From NCBI GenBank assembly GCA_030390025.1, contig CM059438.1, positions 54,252,001-54,316,000 of the forward strand: a stretch of DNA of 64,000 bases, written 5' to 3'. A program made the translations under genes and the position numbers. Below are positions 11,211 to 22,520 of this stretch, piece by piece. Source of the DNA: Squalus acanthias. Lineage: Eukaryota. Within the stretch, counting starts at the first letter, position 1. Every line of letters starts with the position of its first letter. Under the pieces are notes generated by a model. It saw only the letters and a list, made by a program, of their open reading frames with translations, ran no database searches and was not told where the DNA came from.

Positions 11211-12253
11211 ATGAGAAGTCGCACAACACCAGGTTATAGTCCAACAGATTTATTTAAAATTACAAGCTTTCGGAGCTATCGATCGCCCCTTCTTCAGGTA
11301 AAGTTACTATGAGTGAATCTACAAAAATTCACAGAATATAAACACAGAAAAAATGCAGAGATACAATCTTTCCTTACATCAAAGACACACCAAGAGCACA
11401 GCCAAGACAATGAGATGTGTCCCAGGGGGCCCAACGTGTCAAAACCTGCTGTCTGCATATCCTCTCCATTTGGGTTTGTTTTTTGTGTTTGTTTTTTAAA
11501 AAAACTGGAAAGACAGACAACGATGTCAAGTCACATTCTGTAGCGTGACATGAACCCGATATCCCTATTGAGGCCGTCCTCATGAGTGTGGAACTTGGCT
11601 ATCAGTTTCTGCTCGATGATTTTGCGTTGTCGTGTATCTCGAAGGCCGCCTTGGAGAACGCTAACCCGCAGATCCGAGGCTGAATGCCCTTGACTGCTGA
11701 AGTGTTCCCCGACTGGGAGGCAACAATCCTGCCTGGCGATTGTTGCGCGGTGTCCGTTCATACGTTGTCTCAGTGTCTGCATGGTCTCGCTGATGTACCA
11801 TGCTCTGGGGCATCCTTTACTGCAACGTATCAGGTAGACAACGTTGGCCGAGTCACATGAGTATGTACCATGTACCTGGTGGGTAGTGTCCTCACGTGTG
11901 ATGACGGTATCTGTGTTCATGATCTGGCATGTCTTGCAAAGGTTGCCGTGGCAGGGTTGTGTGGTGTCGTGGTCGCTGTTCTCCTGACAGCTGGGTAATT
12001 TGCTGCGAACGATGGTACTTTTGAGGTTAGGCGGCTGCTTGAAGGCGAGTAGTGGAGGCATGGGGATGGTCTTAGCAAGGTGTTCGTCGTCATCGATGAC
12101 ATGTTGAAGGCTGCGAAGAACATGGCGTAGTTTCTCCGCTCCGGGGAAGTACTGGATGACGTAGGGTACTCTGTTGGTTGTGTCCCGTGTTCGTCTTCTG
12201 AGGAGGTCTATGCGGTTTTTCGCTGTGGCCCGTCGTACCCTACGTCGTCCAGT
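11211..12253 (-). mobile_element. 5'-truncated Penelope-like retroelement (GIY-YIG endonuclease end + pLTR)
   Basis: AFKQPPNL, PCHGNLCKTC linker, VVYLIRC..CP..YISET..LRQRMNGH and E..LI..F.T...GLN. Stop at 11531; YIG is mutated to YIS. Confidence 0.93.
11260..11301 (-). ncRNA. Minimal type I hammerhead ribozyme (second copy)
   Basis: Minus strand reads UUAC-CUGAAGA-A-GGGGC-gaucgaua-GCUCC-GAAA-GC-UU-GUAA. Confidence 0.78.
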
Positions 12254-12262
12254 GGCAGTGGC

Positions 12263-12689
12263 GCTATGGGAGTGGTACGTGTTGCTATGGGAGTGGTACG
12301 TGTTGCTATGGGAGCGGTACATGTTGCTATGGGGGTGGTACGTGTTGCTATGGGAGTGGTACGTGTTGCTATGGGAGTGGTACGTGTTGCTATGGGAGTG
12401 ATACGTGTTGCTATGGGGGTGGTACGTGTTGCTATGGGGGTGGTACGTGTTGCTATGGGAGTGGTACGTGTTGCTATGGGAGTGGTACGTGTTGCTATGG
12501 GAGTGGTAGGTGTTGCTATGGAAGTGGTACGTGTTGCTATGGGAGCGGTAGGTGTTGCTATGGGAGTGGTACGTGTTGCTATGGGAGTGGTACATGTTGC
12601 TATGGGAGTGGTACGTGTTGCTATGGGAGTGGTACATGTTGCTATGGGAGTGGTACGTGTTGCTATGGGAGTGGTACGTGTTGCTATGG
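12263..12689. repeat. 21-bp minisatellite (GCTATGGGAGTGGTACGTGTT), ~20 copies
   Basis: Direct reading; produces heptad repeats in the ORF track. Confidence 0.96.
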
Positions 12690-12945
12690 TCCTCGTCTGA
12701 GGACCTGCTGCTGCTGCTGTGCCTCCTCCAAATGCCGGCCTGTCTGTGTGGCAGGAGTGTGCAGGATGCAGCACACCACTCTGATGAGGGAGACTCTTTG
12801 CTGGGCGATATTGTAGGGAGCCCCCAAACCTGTCCAGCAGTCCTACGGTGTGCTCCATGATCCTGGTGGTCCCGTGGCTTTGATTATATCTATGCTGCTG
12901 AGGCGTGATGGGGTTGCGGAGAGGAGTCATGAGCCACATGTGTAG
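12690..12945 (-). pseudogene. Harbinger transposase C-terminal fragment (fourth copy)
   Basis: WLMTPLRNP.T....YNQSHGTTR.MEHTVGLL-DRFGGSLQY, with deletions and a frameshift. Confidence 0.85.
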
Positions 12946-13400
12946 GGAGGCATTGCATTCTCCCGACACATTGTGAGACGAGAGCGGATTGAGCTTCACT
13001 TTGAACCAGACTTTACCTGTCATGGGAGTGCTGACACTGAGTACTTGAATGGGAAATGATCCATTCCTCAGCACTGACCTTGAGAAGCATAACATTTACT
13101 AAAGTGATGACAAGGTGCATTATATTTCCCCAGGGCTGGGGTATGAGGGATCTCTAGTGTGTTGAAGCTGATACCATTGTAAGATTCTATGCAAGCTGTG
13201 TGCGGAACAAGGTTTGAATAAAATGGTAGAGAAATCACCCCTCTCACTGTCACTGTGTTCTATTCCTGTTCTGATCAGGATCTCAGTCACAATCTTCAAA
13301 CACCCTTCTGCTCACCAAATGAATGATGGCACCATCGCTAGGACTGGGTTCTATCTACTGAACACATCTGTAATTACACCATATGGGCCAAACTCCATAC

Positions 13401-14465
13401 AGCCCCATATCCCAGCACACGGCCCCATATCCCAGCACACGGCCCCATATCCCAGCACACGGCCCCATATCCCAGCACACGGCCCCATATCCCAGCACAC
13501 GGCCCCATATCCCAGCACACGGCCCCATATCCCAGCACACGGCCCCATATCCCAGTACCCGGCCCCATATCCCAGCACACGGCCCCATATCCCAGCACAC
13601 GGCCCATATCCCAGCACACGGTCCCATATCCCAGCACACGGCCCCATATCCCAGCACACGGCCCCATATCCCAGCACACGGCCCCATATCCCAGCACACG
13701 GCCCCATATCCCAGCACACGGCCCCATATCCCAGCACACGGCCCCATATCCCAACACACGGCCCCATATCCCAGCACACGGTCCCATATCCCAGCACACG
13801 GTCCCATATCCCAGCACACGGTCCCATATCCCAGCACACGGGCCCATATCCCAGCACAAGGTCCCATATCCCAGCACACGGCCCCATATCCCAGCACACG
13901 GCCCCATATCCCAGCACACGGCCCCATATCCCAGCACACTGCCCCATATCCCAGCACACAGCCCCATATCCCAGCACACAGCCAGATATCCCAGCACACA
14001 ATCCCATATCCCAGCACACAGCCAGATATCCCAGCACACAGTCCCATATCCCAGCAGACAATCCCATATCCCAGCACACAATCCCATATCCCAGCACACA
14101 ATCCCATATCCCAGCACACAGCCAGATATCCCAGCACACAGTCCTATATCCCAGCACACAATCCCATATCCCAGCACACAATCCCATATCCCAGCACACA
14201 GTCCCAAATCCAAGGACACAATCCCATATCCCAGCACACAGCCCCATATCCCAGCACACAATCCCATATCCCAACACACAGCCAGATATCCCAGCACACA
14301 GTCCCATATCCCAGCACACAATCCCATATCCCAGCACACAATCCCATATCCCAGCACACAATCCCATATCCCAGCACACAATCCCATATCCCAGCACACA
14401 GTCCCAAATCCAAGGACACAATCCCATATCCCAGCACACAGGCAGATATCCCAGCACACGGTCCA
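13401..14465. repeat. 20-bp minisatellite (GGCCCCATATCCCAGCACAC), ~53 copies
   Basis: Direct reading; variant units replace each other from left to right. Confidence 0.97.
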
Positions 14466-14479
14466 ATATCGCAGCGCAT

Positions 14480-14778
14480 GGTCCAGTATCCTCCTACCAA
14501 ATGCACTACCTCACACTTATCAATATTGAAATTCTTTTGCCAATTACACGCCCATTCTGCAAGTTTATTAATGTCTTCCTGTGTTTTGTCGAGTCCTCCT
14601 CTGTATTAACTACACACCACAATTTGGTGTTATCCACATATTTTGATATAGTACTTCCGATTCCCAAGTCTAACTCATTTACGTAAATGGTGAACAATAG
14701 TGGTCCCAGCACCGATCCCTGTGGAACATCGCTTCCCACTTTCCGCCAATCTGAGCAAATACCTTTAATCACTACTCT
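14480..14778 (-). mobile_element. Old CR1-type LINE RT fragment (downstream half of 22152-22520)
   Basis: RVVIKG..SDW..V.S.VPQGSVLGPLLFTIYVNELD...ISKYVDNTKL. Confidence 0.9.
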
Positions 14779-15147
14779 CATAGAGTCATAGGGGGAAAAA
14801 TTACGTCGCGCCCCGTTTGGGGCGCAAATATCGTCTGGACGCAAATATTAGCGCCTGGCGCTAATTATCGCCACTGACTGGAAACTTCACTTTTACCGCC
14901 CCGGGAGGTGAGTGGAGCGCTAAATCAGGCGCTGCACACCTGTCTTAAGGCGCAAAGGCCGAGCAGTGAGGCGCTAACTCAGCGCGCGAGCGCAGCGCAG
15001 GTGCTGCCAGTTAGCGAGGGAACACAGACACACTGGCGCCGGCCAGTTCTTAAAGCGGGGGGCCAACTTGCTCCCCAGCCACACCCTGCTCATTGCAGCC
15101 TTGAATCTCGGCCTGGAGAGACCTGTGAATCCATTTTGCTGCCAAGG

Positions 15148-17075
15148 ATGGAGAGGGTGAGAGAACGAGCTCAGCGCTTCACCGAGCGGGCCTTGGATGC
15201 TCTGGTTGGCGCGGTGGAGCGCAGAAAATGTATACTCTTCCCTGAGAGTGGCAGGAGGCCTTTGCCACGCGAGTACAGAAGAGTGTGGAGGGAGGTGGCT
15301 CAGAGCGTCTCCTCCAGGAGCATGGTGCCCAGGACCCATGTTCAATGCCGCAAAAAGTTCAACGACCTCACTCGGGTCGTCAGGGTGAGTGGCTTTTTCT
15401 CAATACCTCTCCATCCCTCCATCTCAACCTCACTCTATGGCCAGAGGGTCTTAAAACCCCAATGCACAACACTCATCCAACACCTATGGCCCTTTCATGA
15501 AACACACACACACATTCCACACTTTGCATACAGTAAGGGCTATTCACCTATGGGAGGCACATCAGGCAAGACCATGGCTGCATACAGTAAGGGCTATTCA
15601 CCTATGGGAGGCACATCAGGCAAGACCATGGCTGCATACAGTAAGGGCTATTCACCTATGGGAGGCACATCAGGCAAGACCATGGCTGCATACAGTAAGG
15701 GCTATTCACCTATGGGAGGCACATCAGGCAAGACCATGGCTGTATATTTACTCAGATGCTGTCCTTTTACTTGCAGGCCAAGCTGGCGCATAATAGGAGA
15801 CAGCAGCAACGGACAGGTGGAGGGCGGCCTCAGCTGCAACCCCTCAGCGATCTTGAGGAGCGCGTCCACAGGATTGTGGCAAGCCGGGTGATCGGTCCCG
15901 TCACCACTGGAGACGCCGACCCCGTTCTGGACAGCAATGGTAAGGTCATCACCTTTTTGTCCTCTGTCCTTCCACTTGTCCCTCACAACACCAGCCTTTG
16001 ACACTTTCAATCCAACTTGCTAACTCGCTGCACTTATTCCTCCCTTACTGCCACCCTGTCCTCACGCTAAAGCCACTCTTGTACCTCCCTGCTTTCAGAT
16101 GGTGATTCACCAGCTGAGGAGACGGGCCCTGAAGCTGCCAGTGGGAGTGAAGCTGCAGCCGAGGAGGAAGAGGAAGCCGGAGCATCAGTGCCACCCTCTC
16201 CCGAGGAAGCCCATGCCCACACTCGGAATACGCCTTCTCTGGAGGGGAGCAGGGGGGAAGGGTCTGATGAGGGTGAAGCTCCAGGACCCAGCGGGCTGCA
16301 GCAACGCCATGGGGGTAGGGAAGAACGGGGGCCTTCTCCCCAGAGGGAGAGTATGCCAGCGACTCCTACTGCAATGGACGCAGAGGAGGAGCGGCTGATC
16401 GCAGAAATGAACACACAGGCGGTGGGCATGCACACTGAGCTCATGGGTGCAGTGGGAAGGGTGCCCGAATGCATTGAGTCACTGGCAAGGAGTGTGGAGC
16501 ACTTCGCTGTAGCACAGGCGGATGCCACACTAACGCTTAGTGCTGCAATTCAGTCACTGACTGCCGTGATCCCATCTCTGACTGCTCTCATGCAGACTCA
16601 GATTGAGGCCACGCGAGCACTGACTGCTGCCAACCTCGATGGTTCGTTCACATGTCCCCGGGGCTCTCACCGCGCCACAGCAGGCCAGCAATCTGTGCTC
16701 CAGCAGATTGCTCCGGATGCTGAAGTGCTGCCCCGTGGGAGTGCCAGTGTGTCGGGCGAGCAGGGAGTTGCTGTCCTCTCTCACGATGACAGCATTCCTG
16801 CTGCCAACACTGTCACTTCTCCACTGCACTTGCCACCGCCTGTAGGACAGACTGCTGCCGCCCATGCAGAGTTGGTGCAGTCTGCAGCCGGGCCCTCCAG
16901 GCCCAGAACTGGTCGAGGCCGTCCTTCAGGGGCATCTGCAGTGTCAGGGTCTGACAATCTGCAGCCTTCCACCAGCCTTGCTGCAGCCACTGAGGTCCCA
17001 TTACGGAGGAGCAGTAGGGTTAGAAGGGGGGAAGTGCGCAAGGGAAGGAGATCACCCTCGAAGGGCAAAAAGTAG
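15148..17075 (+). CDS. Harbinger Myb/SANT-like DNA-binding protein; 3 exons (15148-15384, 15777-15939, 16099-17075), 458 aa, open
   Basis: MERVRERAQRFT...WREVAQSVS...RTHVQCRKKFNDL. AGG|GTGAGT, TTGCAG|GCC, AATG|GTAAGG and TTTCAG|AT give 1377 nt with no internal stop. Basic C-terminus; AATAAA at 17253. Confidence 0.88.
15526..15741. repeat. 54-bp tandem repeat x4 in Myb intron 1
   Basis: Four identical copies of GCATACAGTAAGGGCTATTCACCTATGGGAGGCACATCAGGCAAGACCATGGCT. Confidence 0.95.
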
Positions 17076-17387
17076 GAGGTGTGACAAAATGCTGGTCATT
17101 TTTTTATTAAAGGCCGAGGTTCGTGGTCCAACTTTTGTCTAGTGTTTTGGACATTATCTCCAGGTTGTGAGAACCAGTTATGTTAATGACTGTTTTTTTG
17201 TGTTTATTTCTATGAGTTTGTCATGAGGAAATGACACACACAGAGTTTGTAAAATAAATAAGTTTTTGTATTCAAAATATACATGTTTGGTGTTTGGAAT
17301 CATTGGTGCCTTGGCCGGCTTAGGGGTTGCGTGCTGGGTTCATTGATGTTGTTAGCAATGGCAGAAGCCATTTCCACAGCAGGGGCC

Positions 17388-18247
17388 CTAGAAGCGGCTT
17401 GCTATCAGCCGTTGACGGACGGCCCTTGCAGTTTCACCATTGTGGGCCGCCCTCCCGCCTTGGTGCTGCTGATGATCATCCTCCTCGTCCTCTTCCTCCT
17501 CTTCCTCCTCCTCCTCTGGTGGTGCTCCAAGGCCTGGTGGCATTGGCTGGGTCCTGATGATTGCCATGTTATGCAACATGCAGCACACAACTACGAAGTT
17601 GGATACTCGCTCAGGCGAGTACTGCAGGGCTCCTCCAGAATGGTCGAGACAGCGGAACCGTTGCTTCAGCACGCCGATTGTGCGCTCAATGATGTTCCTG
17701 GTAGCTTGATGGCTCTCATTGTACCGCAGCTCAGCAGGGGTGTTGGGCGTACGGAGCGGTGTCATCAGCCAGGTGCTCAATGGATACCCCTTGTCCTCGA
17801 GAAGCCAACCAACTGGCTGATGCGGTGCCTCGAAAAGTTCTGCCACAGTAGTCTGGCGCAGGATGAAAGCATCGTGGCAGCTGCCAGGATAGTGGGCATT
17901 GACAGCGAGTATCAGCTGTCTGTGGTCACAGACCAACTGAACATTCAAGGAATGGAACCCCTTTCTGTTCCGGAATTCCTCGGCATTCTCATGTGGAGCA
18001 CGCAAAGCCACATGCGTGCAGTCAATGGCGCCCTGCACCATGGGGAAGCCCGCTATCCTCGCAAAGCCCAGAGCGCGGTCACGCTGCTTGTCTGGGGTCA
18101 TGGGGAAAGAGATGAACTCTTGTCTCCTTTTAAAGAGGGCATTTGTGACCTCCTCCGTCTGGCCATCATTGCCACTCTCTCTCTGCGTCTCTGTGTCCTC
18201 CGATTCAGCTGGAGCAGGACGACGCCCCCAATCAGTGCAGCCCCCAT
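17388..18247 (-). pseudogene. Harbinger C DDE transposase: catalytic core open, N-terminal region apparently deleted and frameshifted
   Basis: GAIDCTHV, NRKGFHSLNVQ, PGSCHDAFI, LLEDKGYP and [19 protein letters not shown]. The probable start MGAALIGG (ATG 18247) is out of frame with EVTNALF at ~18150. Confidence 0.9.
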
Positions 18248-21200
18248 AGTCTCTTTGCAAGCAAAGTTATGAAGGACAGCAACCAAAGTACCAGCGAAGT
18301 TAGGATCAGTAGGCAAAACTACCTCACAAAGCGTTGACTCAATGCAGAAGTCTCTCTTTCTGTCTCTCCGAATCTCTCTCTCTCTCTCAGAACGAGTGGT
18401 GCAAAAATGTCAACCACAGAAAAAGACAGGAAGAGGCCCCCTTTAAATAGCGCCCCCCCCAGCCCCACAGCGATTGATAGCGTTCCAGTCTTCCGGTCGT
18501 TGGATGCGCCAGGCGGTAAGGCAGGGGGCGCCACTCAATTTCTGCTCCGGGGCGCCACAAGGGCGTTGCACCATGGAATGACGTCACAATCTGCGCGCGC
18601 AGGTGGTCGCAGCGGTAAGGTTTAGCGGCGCCGCACAATGTCTAGTTAAGTTCCCGAGCGGCGCAAACATCGCTGCGCCCGGGCGCTAGCGGCTTTGTGC
18701 CCCATTAGCGCCCTCTTAAGGCGCTAACGGGAGGCGCAACCAACTGAATTTTTACCCCATAGAGTTATACAGCACAGAAAGAGGCCCTTCGGCCCATCGT
18801 GTCCGCGCCGGCCATCCAGCCCTGTCTATTCTAATCCCATTTTCCAGCACTTGGTCCGTAGCCTTGTATGCTGTGGCGTTTCAAGTGCTCATCTAAATGC
18901 TTCTTGAATGTTGTGAGGGTTCCTGCCTCTACCACCCTTTCAGGCAGTGAGATCCAGATTCCAACCACCCTCTGGGTGAAAAAGTTTTTCCTCAAATCCC
19001 CTCTAAACCTCCTGCCCCTTACCTTGAAACTATGCCCCCTGGTTATTGACCCCTCTACTAAGGGGAAAAGTTCCTTTCTATCTACCCTATCTATGCCCCT
19101 CATAATTTTGTACACCTCAATCAGGTCCCCTCTCAGCCTTCTCTGCTCTAAGGAAAACAACCCCAGCCTGTCCAGTCTCTCTTCATAGCTGAAGCGCTGC
19201 AGCCCAGGTAGCATCCTGGTGAATCTCCTCTGCACCCTCTCCAATGCAATCACATCCCTCCTATAGTGTGGCGACCAGAACTGCACACAGTATTCCAGCT
19301 GTGGCCTAACTAGCGTTTTGTACAGCTCCATCATCACCTCCCTGCTCTTTTATTCTATGCCTCGGCTAATGAAGGCAAGTATCCCATATGCCTTTTTAAC
19401 CACCTTATCTACCTGTCCTGCTGCCTTCAGGGATCTATGTACATATACACCAAGGTCCCTCTGATCCTCTGTCCTTCCTAGGGTCCTACCATTCATTGTG
19501 TATTCCCTTGCCTTGTTAGTCCTCCCAAAATGCATCACTTCACACTTTTCAGGGTTAAATTCCATTTGCCACTGTTCTGCCCATCTGACCAACCTGTCTA
19601 TATCGTCCTGTAGCCTGAGGCTTCCCTCCTCGCTATTTACCACCCCACCAATTTTCATGTCATCTGCGAACTTACTGATCATACCTCCTACATTCATATC
19701 TAAATCATTAATGTACACTACAAACAGCAAAGGACCCAGCACCGATCCCTGCGGTACACCACTGGACACAGGCTTCCAGTCACAAAAACAACCTTCGACC
19801 ATCACCCTCTGCCTCCTGCCACTAAGCCAATTTTGGATCCAATGTGCCAAGTTGCCCTGGATCCCATGGGCTCTTACCTTCTTGACCAGTCTCCCATGCG
19901 GGACTTTGTCAAAAGCCTTACTGAAGTCCATGTAGACCACATCAACTGCACTACCCTCATCCACACACCCTCTCAAAATTCAATCAAATTGGTCAGACAT
20001 GATCTCCCCCTGACAAAGCCATGCTGACTATCCTTGATTAATCTTTGCCTCTCCAAGTGGAGACTAATTCTGTCCCTCAGAATTTTTTCCAATAATTTCC
20101 CTACCACTGATGTTAGGCTCACTGGCCTGTAATTCCCTGGTTTATCCCTACTACCCTTCTTGAATAATGGTACTACATTAGCTGTTCTGCAGTCCTCTGG
20201 CACCTCCCCTGTGGCCAGAGAGGTTCTGAAAATTTGTGTCAGAGCCCCTGAAATCTCCTCCCTTGCCTCACACAGCAGCCTGGGATACATCTCGTCTGGG
20301 CCTGGGGATTTATCCACTTTTAAGCCCGCTAAAACCGCTAGTACCTCCTCCCTCTCAATACTAATTTGTTCAAGTATATCACAATCCCCCTGCCTGATTT
20401 CTATGCCTACATCGTCCTTCTCCATAGTGAACACAGATGCAAAATATTCATTTAAAACCCCACCTACATCTTCTGGCTCTACACACAGATTGCCACTTTG
20501 GTCCCTAATGGGCTCTACTCTTTCCCTTGTTATTCTCTTGCCCTTAATATACTTATAAAACATCTTGGGATTTTCCTTTATTTTGCCCGCCAGTGTTATT
20601 TCATGCCCCCTCTTCACTCTCCTAATTTCTTTTTTAAGTACCCCCCTGCACTTTCTATACTCCTCTAGGGCTTCCACTGTTTTTAGTCCTTTGTATCTGC
20701 CAAAAGCCTCCCTTTTTTTCCTAATCCATTCTCATATATCCCTTGACATCCATGGTTCCCTGGGCTTGTTGGTCCCACCCTTGACCTTTACGGGAACATG
20801 TTGGCGTTGTACTCTCTTTCCTTTCTGAATGACTCCCACTGCTCTGATGTGGATTTTCCTACAAGTAGCTGATCCCAGTCCACTTTGGCCAGATCCTGCC
20901 TTATCATATTAAAATCGGCCTTCCCCCAATTTAGAACCTTTACTTCCGGTCCATCTTTGTCCTTTTCCATGACTACCTTAAATCTCACCGAATTATGGTC
21001 ACTGTCACCAAAATGCTCTCCTACTAACACTTCTACCACTTGCCCGGCTACATTCCCTAGAATTAGGTCCAGTACCCGCCCCCTCTCTTGTAGGACTTTC
21101 TACATGCTGGCTCAAAAAGCTCTCCTGGATGCACTTTAAGAATTCCGCACCCTCTAAGCCTTTCACACTCTGACTATCCCAGTTAATATTGGGGAAGTTG

Positions 21201-22151
21201 AAATACCCTACTATTATTACCCTATTATTTCTACACTTCTCTGAGATTTGCCTACATATCTGTTCCTCTATCTCCCCCTGACTGTTTGGGGGCCTATAGT
21301 ACACTCCCAGCAAAGTGCTTGCCCCCTTTTTGTTTTTAAGTTCTACCCATATGGCCTCATTAGAGGAACCTGCTAAGATATCATCCCTCCTTACAGCAGT
21401 AATTGACTCCTTGATTAATATTGCGACACCCCCTCCTCTTTTACACCCACCTCTGTCTCGCCTGAAGATTCTATACCCCGGAATATTGAGCTGCCAGTCC
21501 TGCCCCTCCCTCAACCATGTCTCTGTGATAGCAACAATATCATACTCCCATGTGTTCATCAACACCTTCAATTCATCTGCCTTACTCACAAGACTCCTTG
21601 CATTAAAATAAATGCCATCCAGCCTTGCCATACTCCCTTGTGCCGTTACATATTTGCTCTGCCTTCCAGGCTGACTTGTTTTTTCCTCTATATTTGGCTG
21701 TGCATCACCCCCAACTATAGCTCCACTCCGTATCCCATCCCCATGCCAAGTTAGTTTAAACCCCCCCCCAACAGTACTAGCAAACCTCCCCACAAGGATG
21801 TTGGTCCCATTCTGGTTCAGGTGCAACCTGTCTGACTTGTACAGGTCCCACCTTCCCCAGAAGCAGACCCAGTGATCCAGGAAACTAAAGCCCTCCCTCC
21901 TGCACCAACTCTTTAGCCACGCATTCATCTGCTCTATCCTCCTATTCCTATACTCACTAGCACGTGGCACTGGGAGTAATCCAGAGATTACAACCTTTGA
22001 GGTCCTGCTTTTTAATCTGCTACCTAGCTCCCTAAATTCTTGTTGCAGGACCTCATCCCTCTTTCTACCCATGTCGTTGGTACCAATGTGAACCACGACC
22101 TCTGACTGTTCGCCCTCCCCCTTCAGAATGCCCTGCAGCCATTCAGTGACA

Positions 22152-22520
22152 CTGTTTTTTGTTTTTTAATCAGTTTGCTAAACATTCGGCTACTTGTCCT
22201 GACTCCACATGCTCTGACCTTAGTTATGAGTCTACTATGCAGTACCTTATCAAAGGCCTTTTGAAAGTCCATGTATATTACATCCATTGCATTCCCCTCG
22301 TCTACTCTTTCTGTTACTTCTTCAAAGAATTCAATAAGGTTGGTCAAGCATGACCTTCCCATCTGAAAACCTGTGCTGACTACATTTAGTTTCTAGATGT
22401 TTTTCTATTACATCTTTGAGTAAAGATTGCATTATCTTTCCTACTACCAACGTTAAGCTAATTGGTCTATAGTTCCCTGGACTTGTTCTATCTCCCTTTT
22501 TGAATACAGAAATAACATTT
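22152..22520 (-). mobile_element. Old CR1-type LINE RT fragment (same family as 10850-11210)
   Basis: FKKGDRTSPGNYRPISLT, SCLTNLIEFFEEVT and YMDFQKAFDKV; ends ...KKQ and resumes RVVIKG at 14778. Confidence 0.9.

Larger units (their letters stand above)
14791..18758 (+). mobile_element. Harbinger C: full-length PIF/Harbinger transposon (3968 bp)
   Basis: TIRs GGGGGAAAAATT and AATTTTTACCCC (11/12 match). 3-bp TSD ATA at 14788-14790 and 18759-18761; convergent Myb and transposase genes. Confidence 0.96.
14779..22151 (-). mobile_element. Younger CR1 LINE, 5'-truncated within ORF1 (SGNH esterase ORF1 + APE-RT ORF2); Harbinger C sits in its 3' tail
   Basis: ORF1 has VHIGTND and DRLH. ORF2 has YFNARS, AITETWL, YYRPPN, GDSDH, YMDFSKAFDKVPH, PQGSVLGP, FADD and RGH..K, with stop at 18831. 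3' hairpin and (CATAGAGT)n tail; about four frameshifts. Confidence 0.95.

Noticed and set aside
12263..12689. His-rich (YHSHSNT)n N-terminus fused to GIY-YIG
   Set aside because: Minisatellite abutting a 5'-truncated Penelope; open in nearly all frames.
13214..14686. 260-490 aa ORFs in several frames
   Set aside because: Artefact of the 20-bp tandem repeat being open on both strands.
15148..18247. Domesticated host genes HARBI1, NAIF1 or MSANTD
   Set aside because: The genes lie inside TIRs with a TSD, are nested in a LINE tail and have several decayed paralogues in the window.
17283..18272. 329-aa + strand ORF with a hydrophobic stretch
   Set aside because: Antisense shadow of the transposase; the Leu/Phe run mirrors its poly-Glu tail.
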